Below the pieces are notes generated by a model. The model was not told where the DNA came from and searched no databases. It worked only from the letters and a program-made list of their open reading frames with translations. Below, in pieces: positions 54,781 through 64,000 of a DNA stretch of 64,000 bases (its first letter is position 1; every line of letters starts with the position of its first letter). Made by a program: the position numbers and the translations under genes. Origin of the DNA: Octopus sinensis (lineage: Eukaryota); the NCBI RefSeq assembly GCF_006345805.1, contig NC_042999.1, positions 112,158,001-112,222,000 of the forward strand. The letters are read 5' to 3'.

Positions 54781-55679
54781 CAGGGTGTCCCCCCAAAAAT
54801 GTATACACACTTTGAATAATTGTAAAGTAGGTGTTTATTAAAATACTTTTCATTTTAAAAATTTAATAGAATCTGCAGACATTATTTTATTGTTTGGTCA
54901 ATGCCTGTTTTCAAACTGATGTCCGTTCTGGTTCAGGCACTGCTGACAATACAAAGCAATGGAATTGCAAATATCACGAAACAATTCCTTTGGTATCGGT
55001 GTGCCTTCTTGTTCAATGGCTACTCTCAAATCAGCGACTGTTGCATGTTTCATAGTGTAGACTTTGTCTTATAGGTATCCCCATAAAAAGGTCTAGTGGT
55101 GTGAGGTCTGGGGAACACGGAGGGTATTCAACGAAATCCCTTTGTCCAATCCACCTGTTTGGCAAGATCTCATCAAGGAAGTATCTAACATAGTGATGGT
55201 AGAGTGAGGGTGTCCCATCTTGCTGAAAATAAAACTCCTCATCTTCAAAGTCTTCTCTAATGCATTGCACAGACGATTTTGGAAAGCCTACCTCAATTCA
55301 CAACTGCACAGATTTTCTTGGACTTTGGTGTTACGTTTCCAGTACTTCTTCTTGCTTTGTGGGGGTTGTTGATGTTCGTGGTTTTCTGGAATGCTTTTCG
55401 TGGTTGTGGATATTCTGAACAGTTCCATTTGCTTCAAACTTATCTCTAATTCGAGTGATGGTGAGTCGCATTGGTGGATCTGTTGGAAACTCCCTCCTAA
55501 ACTGTCTTTCCAATTCAACTGCGTTTTCACATTTCCAGCAGCGTTTTAGAATTAATTTCTTTTGTTCAAAGCTTAGTCTGACTGCTATCATTAATTCCAA
55601 TGGGTTTCAGCTGAAAAGGAAAAAGCATCAATTGAGTTATCAGCTGTTAAAGTGTGTATACATTTTTGAGACAGCCGTT
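54781..55679 (-). mobile_element. Internally deleted Tc1/mariner-superfamily transposon with both TIRs
   Basis: TIR cores AAAAATGTATACACACTTT / AAAGTGTGTATACATTTTT in TA context; N-terminal HTH (RQFRREF..TITRIRDKFEANGTV); FQQDG and PPCSPDLTPLD motifs. Confidence 0.88.
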
Positions 55680-55686
55680 ATATATA

Positions 55687-55760
<74 letters not shown>

Positions 55761-55904
55761 GTATATATATACTTATAACTTACAAAATAAGGACAAAAGA
55801 AAATTCTAATGCCAAATATGCCGAAAAAAAGACAAAATTGTCAATAACCATTATAATTTATGCGTCTCGAAACAAACCGATAGAAATTTCTAAAAAATCC
55901 GTTA

Positions 55905-55965
55905 TTACCGTATTGGTCCCAATTTCGTGGTTAATTCATAAGAATTTTCCCCTCTTCAGCGATAA
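55905..55965 (-). ncRNA. Apparently intact type I hammerhead ribozyme in a ~340-bp island between (TA)n tracts
   Basis: TTATCG-CTGAAGA-GGGG.aa.AATTC.ttat.GAATT.aa.CCAC-GAA-ATTGG.ga.CCAAT-A^CGGTAA. Confidence 0.75.
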
Positions 55966-56122
55966 ATACGTAAGACATAAATGGAATACTTACTCATACC
56001 TATGGAAAAAGCAAGCACTAAGTCCTGAGCAGACCTAAGTACCCCAAATATATCCAAAATAGAAAATCTTCGGCACATCTCGAGACACGTGTGATTCGAT
56101 CTAGAAACTTTCACACATTAGT

Positions 56123-56162
<40 letters not shown>

Positions 56163-56204
56163 ATATATATATAATATATATATATATATTATATATATAT
56201 ATAG

Positions 56205-56263
<59 letters not shown>

Positions 56264-56357
56264 CATATACATATATTACACATACCACATATGATAGACA
56301 TACAGATATACATACATATAAATATAAACACTTATATGTAGTACACACATCCGTATG

Positions 56358-56389
<32 letters not shown>

Positions 56390-56400
56390 ATATATATAAG

Positions 56401-56461
<61 letters not shown>

Positions 56462-56464
<3 letters not shown>

Positions 56465-56780
56465 GGCGCATGGCTCAGTGGTTAGAGCGTCGAGCTTACG
56501 ATCGTGAGGTTGTGAGCTCGAATCCCGGACCGGGCTGCGTGTTGTGTTCTCGAGCAAGGCACTTTATTTCACGTTGCTCCAGTTCACTCAGCTGTAGAAA
56601 TGAGTTGCGACGTCACTGGTGCCAAGCTGTATCGACCTTTGTCTTTCCCTTGGATAACACTGGTGGCGTGGAGAGGGGAGGCCGGTATGCATGGGCGACT
56701 GCTGGCCTTCCATAAACAACCTTGCCCGGACTTGTATCTAGGAAGGTAGATACCCCCTTCATGACCGAAGGGGGTCTTTT
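56462..56780 (+). mobile_element. Young CORE-like tRNA SINE family B
   Basis: A box TGGCTCAGTGG, B-box-like GCTCGAATCCC, CORE-like 'gagcaaggcactttatttc', 3' hairpin CCCCCTTC/GAAGGGGG; CpGs retained. Confidence 0.85.
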
Positions 56781-57019
56781 TATATATATATATATTATAT
56801 ATATATATACATATATAGTTGCATGTAGATACATAAGTAGACCCAAACTCTCACACACACGCAGAGAGACATATACACTCACATATATACACACATACAT
56901 ATATATACAATATATATGCATATATATATACATAACCATATAATGTATATATACATATATACATATACATACCTGCATTGTAAAGTTACACATCTAAACA
57001 CGTTATTTGTATACATATA

Positions 57020-57800
57020 GTATATGTTTCACGGTTACAGTTCATGAGGTTTTAACTCAGGGAATTAATCCAACTTGTGAGTGTTAGGTTTGCATCAGTC
57101 AGGTGTGGTTTAGATTGTAGTATTTGAACGTATGTTTAGCTGTATGCATGCACCTGGATAATCGTTCCGTAAATCTGTTTATAATGCACTCCTTCATTAA
57201 TAATACTGAGAGTGGCTCCTCAGAACATAACTTGTATTTCTGGGATAATGTGTTATAGGGACTCGCATGTCTAATTATGGGCCAGGTCATGTCGTATTTT
57301 GTCTTCTCTTCCTTGAGCCTCCATATAAAATCGGCCAGTGATGTTACATGCCGCTTAAAGATTTTTCGGAAGCTAACAATGTGGTTGCGATATCAGTTTT
57401 TGAAAATATCAGCTGATGCACCGATATATACGTAGGGGCTTCCTCTCGAATTTACTTTGCACTTATACACCACATTTCTGCTCATGCACTGGCTGTCCAA
57501 AGGACATTTGGATCTGTCCCTGCATGAGCATAATTGGTCGGTTTTTTTGTTTGCTTGTGTGCAGCGAGCACCAGACGAATTGGCTCTGTTCAATACATTC
57601 GTGGTTATGGTTATCCTATTATCATTTTTACTGTTTCTGTATGCGTTTGTGTTGTTTGAATTGTTGTTGGTGTGATGTGTTGTTTGGTTATTGTAGATAT
57701 TGCAGTTGTTTTTTCTCAGTTGGTTGGTATTATAGTTAAAGTCATTATCACTTTGTTGCATTAATTGGTTGGTATGTGTACTGTCTCTAGCTTGGTTATA
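57020..57800 (-). mobile_element. Penelope-like element GIY-YIG endonuclease and 3' end
   Basis: CSCRDRSKCPLDSQCMSRNVVYKCKV..YIGAS..FKN*YRNH..SF..TSLADFIW..W.II..A.PY..KLCSEE..N...E.LSRCMH. Confidence 0.9.
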
Positions 57801-57859
57801 TGAGCCACAGTCAATTTTGAGGAGCTTATTTTGAATGCAATCTCCTCGCTATTTTATGA

Positions 57860-58250
57860 TTATTAATCCTATGAATGTGATGTTCCATAGCAACAGACAT
57901 CGGCAGAATCTACATCTTATCCCAGATACAGTTATATACTCCAGGAATGAGTAGAGGTCTATACAGGGACGATGCGTTTTTCTTCAGACATAGATGCATT
58001 AAAGTACAGTGAGATAAATACAAGAAAGCTTTATTTAAGTTTTTTTTTTTAATTCGGAATCTCTATCACCATAAATAGCGAATACCCTAAAATAAACTTT
58101 TTAGACGCTACTCTTGATATGGATACTAGTCTGCACGACCCGTTTCATAAACCCAATGAGTGCCTAACACGTTGGATGTAATCATCCACCATTAATAATT
58201 AGGGGACTAGTTAAGAACATCTTGGCTAGAATATCTAGATTATCCACCTG
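57860..58250 (+). mobile_element. Penelope-like RT fragment on the strand opposite to the adjacent endonuclease
   Basis: GLYRDDAF at 57956; INFLDATLD..PFHKPNE; NHPPLIIRGLVKNILARISRLS. Confidence 0.8.
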
Positions 58251-58251
58251 A

Positions 58252-58569
58252 AGCAAGTGTCTTCTACTATAGCCTCGGGCCAACCAAAGTGTTGTGAGTG
58301 GATTTGATAGACGGAAACTGAAAGAAGCCCGTCGTATATATATATATATGTACGTGTGTGTGTGTGTATGTTTGTGTGTGTAAGTGTCTGTGTTTGTCCC
58401 CCCACCATCACTTGACAACCGATCCTGGTGTCCCCATAACTTAGCGGTTAGGCAAAAGTGACCAATAGAATAAATACGAGGCTTACAAGGGAATATGTCC
58501 TGGGGACGATTTCTTAGATTAATGGCTCCAGCATGGCCGCAGAAAAATAACTGAAACAAGTAAAAGAAT
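58252..58569 (+). mobile_element. SINE family A, 5'-truncated
   Basis: Family A homology. Confidence 0.8.
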
Positions 58570-58645
58570 ACACATTTGCGTGTATATATATGTCAGTATA
58601 TCCATTTGTATACTTAACCTAATATACATGTGTGTGTGTGTGTGT

Positions 58646-58696
<51 letters not shown>

Positions 58697-58958
58697 TGTA
58701 AACCCATGGGTAGGAAATCGAAGGAAATCTATATAGAAGATCCAAATAAAACAAAGCTGTAAAATTTGGAAAATAGAAAGAATTATCAGGTTTTATAGAA
58801 CAAAATAAAAGTGCATTTTTAATGAAATATATTTGAAAGAAAAGGTATTTTTCATCATATATATATATATATATATATATATGTAAAAATATATATATAT
58901 ATATTATATATATATATATAATATAATATATATATTTATGAAAAACACCTTGTATCAA

Positions 58959-59034
<76 letters not shown>

Positions 59035-59760
59035 GGAACCAAAGCGAGGGAGTGGTATATACATACATAATACAACATACATGCATGCATATACATACAT
59101 ACATACATACATACATACATACATACATACATACATACATACATACATACATGCATACGCATGTACGTACGCACTTACGTACATGCATATACATACACTC
59201 GTTGAAATCTAGATACATATGATGACAAAGGCGATACTGATGCTGGTTGCAATAAGGATGATGATAAACAATGATCATGATACAGATTCATTTTTATTTC
59301 CAAAACTGCTTCTCTAATAGCATATCTCCCCTTTGCCTGATTTAAAACAAGATTTTTAAAGGAATGAAGGCATCTCATCTTAAGGAAACATTGAATCTAA
59401 TGAAACATTGAATATAAAACTTTAAGCAGATTTATGACTCATCTATATATCTATCTAAAAATATCTGTCAAAAATCTAGCCAATCATAATGCAACGTTTT
59501 TCTTGTTTTTATCTTCCCCTGTTGAGTTTATTGTTGTTTTCCAATATTTGTTTATTTAATAACACTAAGTTATTTTTATTATATTTTATTCAAGTTTTGT
59601 TGATATTTTTTCACATTTTCACTCTTTTCCATCTGTTTCATATATATATAGGTATACACACACATGCATATATAGATGTGTGTGTATATATATGTATATA
59701 TACATAAATACATATATATATGTTTATGTGTATATATATATATATCTATATCTATCTATC

Positions 59761-59792
<32 letters not shown>

Positions 59793-60221
59793 CATATATA
59801 TACATAAATGTATGTCTATATGTATGTATATTCATATATATATATATACATATGTATATATACACGCACACACAAATATATACTTTATAAAGGAGAGTAT
59901 GTATATATATACATTATATATGTTATATATGCATATATATGTGTATGTGTGGGGGTGAACCTACCAATGTGTATACCATTTAATATATATATATATATAC
60001 AATCGTGGAATGCCACTAGTTCTGTTCCAAGAGTTTAAATGTTATGTGCGGCAGTATTTTAATCTAATATTCCAAGTGTATATATTCATTATATATACTT
60101 ACATAGATATATGTGCATACATATCTATATATACATACATATACGTATGTATATGTACATACATATGTATATAATATACATATGTACATATGTATATATG
60201 TATATATTTATAATTATATGT

Positions 60222-60257
<36 letters not shown>

Positions 60258-60340
60258 ATATATACATATATATAAATGTGTGTATCTAAAAATATACATA
60301 TACAGACACATGCACAAACTTATATAGAATTATATGTATA

Positions 60341-61415
60341 TACGAGTGGGTACCCAAAAGTAACCGGAAACGTTCCCCGTGGAACAAACCCGTTGTAGTT
60401 CAGGCTTCTGTCGCTAGAAGCCACTTGATGCCGCCCTCAGTCATTAGTCTACCGACCGGCGGCGTCTGTCGGTATCATATTGCCACGTAGTGCGTCTTTG
60501 CTTTGTAGTGCTTCTCCCCTGTTCGTCGACTTTTGCCATGGTTGGAACGAAGGAACAGCGTACTTCTGTGAAATTCTGTTTTCTGCTGGAGAAACGGCGG
60601 CCGAAACAGTTGTCATACTTCAAACAGTTTACAAGGACGCTTCCATGCGCAAGACACAAGTTTACGAGTGGTTTTCACGCTTTAGAAATGGTCGCTTGAC
60701 GCTTGATGACCAACCTTGTTCAGGACGACCGCCGACCTCCCGAACGAGTGAAAAAATCACGAAAACTCAAGAACTGATCTTGGAAGACCGTTGCCAAACA
60801 ATTGACGAACTTGTTGATATGACGGTGTATCCAGGAGCTCCTGACAACGAACTTTCAGCGAGGAATTGCGAATGAAAAGAGTTGCTGCAAAATTTGTGCC
60901 TCGCTTGCTCACAGAAGATCAGAAGCAGTCACGACTGAATGCGTGTCGTGAACTGAAAGAACAGTTGGAAGTTGATCCGAACCTTTTTCCGAAGGTTATC
61001 ACTGGTGACGGAAGCTGATGTTACGGCTACGATCCAGAAACGAGGTACCTATCATGTCAATGGAAACATTCAATATCACCACGGGCCCCTCACCCCCAAA
61101 AAAGTGAGTCAAGTGAAGTCCAATGTCAGACCAGACGAGGCTGATTTGTTTCACCGATGCGAAAGGAATTGCCCACACAGAATTTTTCCTCCTGGTCAAC
61201 CTGCTAACCAGACATTTTACTTGACAGTCCTGAAGCGTTTGCGAGACACGGTGAGATGAAAACGGCCCGACCTGTGACGAAGTGGGGAGTTGGGGTTTCA
61301 TCGCGACAATGCGCCAGCACACACTGCCTTTAGTGTGAGACAATTTTTGCCAGAAATGGCATGACCTCACTTACCCACCCTTCCTATTCGCTCGATTTTG
61401 CTCCCTGCGACATTT
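60341..61415 (+). mobile_element. Mariner (irritans-like) transposon, 3'-truncated
   Basis: TIR-like TACGAGTGGGTACCCAAAAGTAACCGGAA; EQRTSVKFCF, VYEWFSRFRNG, KFVPRLLT, VITGD, YGYDPET, HRDNAPAH, HPSYSLDFAPCD. Confidence 0.9.
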
Positions 61416-61429
61416 TACTGCAAGAGCAG

Positions 61430-62990
61430 CAACAATGACTAAGACATTCACTGGTTATAATAGTTGTTTATTTAATGAGTAGCAATTATGATGACTTTAG
61501 CAATGGTTGTAAAGCAATGATGGTAGTTGTCCCCCCTTTTTTTGCTACTGGAATTTAAACGTGGTCGGAACTTGATTATGAAGAATATTTCTTTGTTGAT
61601 GAGTTGCCGTTGAATTATATTATCACTAAGATTATATAGAGGGAAAACCTTGAAGTTTGGTTGTTTCTTGTCTGATATGCATCTGTATGTCCACTGAGTC
61701 TTGTGGATCTGTATTCTTGTATTTCAGTTTAAAATCTATACTATGTTGTGTGGGCGTGAGATATTTCCTGACTGACCAATGTAATGTTCTTCATATCCTG
61801 AACACGTTAAAGCATAGATTAGGTTTGCAGATGCATGTGAAGTTATTTTTTATTGTGAAGAGCCGTCCTTGTTGGAAACGGATTTCTAATCCTCCTCTCG
61901 GATTAAAACATGTACTACAGTTGTACTTCCGTATTCTTTTGTGTTGATTTTGTTATTATATCAAGTTTGGTCTTTTAGATTTTTTTCGTTAATTTGGATT
62001 GTCTTTTATTCTTTATTATGGTATGTGTTTGGAGGATTTAGTTTTGTCTGGAATGTTTTCTCAGTAATGGTATGTTTTGAATAAGAAGTTGTGAGCCTCA
62101 TTGTTTGGGGTATTGTAGATGGAGATATATGGTAGGGCATTCAATTCCGATTTATTTATTCATTTTGTTTGTCTTTGTTCATGAATACTGAATTTCTTGG
62201 CTCTTGTATTCCATAATCAATTAAGGATAGTAAGTTATTCCTGCCAATGAATGTATCCTTCAGTTCTTGGAGTCTTGTGTCATGGATGTTTGTATCGGAT
62301 ACTATTGCACAAATCATTTTAGCTATGTTATAAGGAACATTAATTCTGGTGTGTTTCAGATGAAATGAAATGAATGAAAACCGGACATTTACTATCAACA
62401 TACGGAGGTTAATATTAAATGCCCGTCTCTATTTGATTGTTAACTTTATAAGGATGTCTAAAACAGGAGTTGGTTATGGCTATATTCCATGGGGAAATGA
62501 ATATTTTTATTAATTCTATTGAGGTGTATTGCAATTTTTTTTCTTTATGCATTCATTCTATAGAACGAAACAATCGTCGAGGTACCTTTCCTAGATTTCT
62601 TGTATGTACATAGAGAAAGTTTTCATATTTCCCTAGTGTTTTCTTTTTTGGTTTAGCATAACGTAATTTCTAGGTAACCAAAACTAGATTCGCGAAGGAG
62701 GAGGTTGTTTTAGTCCTCATAGACCCAGATTTTTCCTCGAAAATGTTGTCATTGAATATAAAGTAATTATTTTCTAGAATAATTTTTAGTCTTATTATAA
62801 ATTCTATTTTTATGCAATGGAGCAGTTCACCTGTATAATTATCCAACCAAAGTTTATTGGCTATCGAAATAGGAAGCTGCTTAGCTAAAAATATAAATAC
62901 AGTCTTGCTTTTTTCCATGATAAAGTTCTCAAATAATTCTCTTCTTTTTAGTTTTAGTTTTCAATATAAATACTTTCGTACAAAATCTCT
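61430..62990 (-). mobile_element. Decayed Penelope-like element (RT plus GIY-YIG), second subfamily
   Basis: ILENNYFIFN..FANLV, RYLDDCF (~62570-62590), NVPYNIAKMICAIVSD..RLQELK, NLIYALTCSG..HYIGQS. Confidence 0.85.
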
Positions 62991-63329
62991 TAACCTTATA
63001 CATACCATACATACATACATACATACATACACATATATATACATATATCTACACACATATATATATATATAAATATATATGTATTATATGTGTATATACA
63101 CACATACACACATACAAACATCTATACATACACACATGCATACACAATACATACATGCACACACAATACATACATGCACACACACATACACACATACACA
63201 TTCACGCATACACACATACATACACACAGGTGTCTTTCCCATCCTGCAAGCAATTGCCTCTTTCTCTCTCTCTCTCTCTCCTCCCTCCCTGTTATTCCAG
63301 TAGTAGTGAACATTCATACCGAATGGGAA

Positions 63330-64000
63330 GGGAATCCACTATAACCAGTCTCGAGTGGGAATCATCATATCTCCCATCTTTTCTCCATGTAATCGTGTAA
63401 AAGTTACTCCTTAACTATTCCTAGGATGCATGCCAATGACTGGCTCTTCTTCAGAAAACAATAAGATACTTCAGTCTTCAACAATAATTGATTACAAAGC
63501 TCAGGTAAAACCTACAATGGAGTATTGCTTTCAGGTGTGAGATGGAGATACTGCAGAAAATACAAACATCTCACAAAAGTGCTACCCATCTGATTTGTAT
63601 AAAATCAATCTCATGTATGATCCAATCTCCATCATCAATTACAGTTACTGTCATCACCATCACTATCACTGCTATCACCATAATCATCACCATCGCCTCT
63701 ACTGTAACAATTACCATCATTACCACCACCAGCGCCAACACCGCCGCAACAAAGACAACAGCAGTAGTTACCATAATCGTCATCACCATCACCATCGCAA
63801 CCAACACAGTTACCAGAAGTCCACTAGTGCCATAACTGAGCTATTTCCCTAGAGTCTATGAAGTTCTTGTAGGCCAGTGACGCTGATGCCATTCCCTTCG
63901 CTAGGTGACTAAGGAAATTAGAGATGCCCTAATTTTAAAGCTTAGAGGAATTCCCAACCATTTTTAGAGGTGTCTGTAAATTTGTCTCTCTACTTCTATA
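63330..64000 (+). mobile_element. Old CR1/jockey-group LINE remnant split by a (CAC/CAT)n tract
   Basis: YKAQVKPTMEYC..V*DG motif at ~63492-63545. Confidence 0.55.

Noticed and set aside
56462-56540. tRNA gene
   Set aside because: A/B boxes continue into a multi-copy SINE body; no proper acceptor stem
57020-57110. CTGATGC..GAAACATATAC at the PLE 3' end
   Set aside because: Expected hammerhead position, but core and stems are too degenerate to call
63425-63505. Apparent AG..GT-bounded open exon
   Set aside because: Frame continues into the LINE RT motif YKAQVKPTMEYC

Overview
AT-rich, microsatellite-saturated eukaryotic non-coding DNA (intergenic or deep intronic). The repeat content (tRNA/CORE-type SINEs, RTE, Dong/R4, Tx1, CR1-like LINEs, mariners, Penelope-like elements) resembles an octopus/coleoid genome; this is an inference. 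I find no intact host gene, and nearly all ORF-track entries are translated microsatellites or decayed transposons. The main finding is a ~3.2 kb array (9371-12613) of a near-identical ~489-bp non-coding unit that switches orientation at ~11636. Each complete unit carries a type I hammerhead ribozyme fold (CUGAAGA core, long stem II, GAA, palindromic stem III ACGGUGCACCGU, 8-bp stem I) next to a compact pseudoknot, i.e. a retrozyme-like, possibly circRNA-producing array. It is bracketed by two inverted ~195-bp repeats that each carry a minimal hammerhead with a swapped G3-C8 core. Further hammerhead folds (C3-G8 and U3-A8 cores) and three decayed Penelope-like RT/GIY-YIG elements lie elsewhere in the window. 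All structures were read by eye, and most transposon boundaries are approximate.
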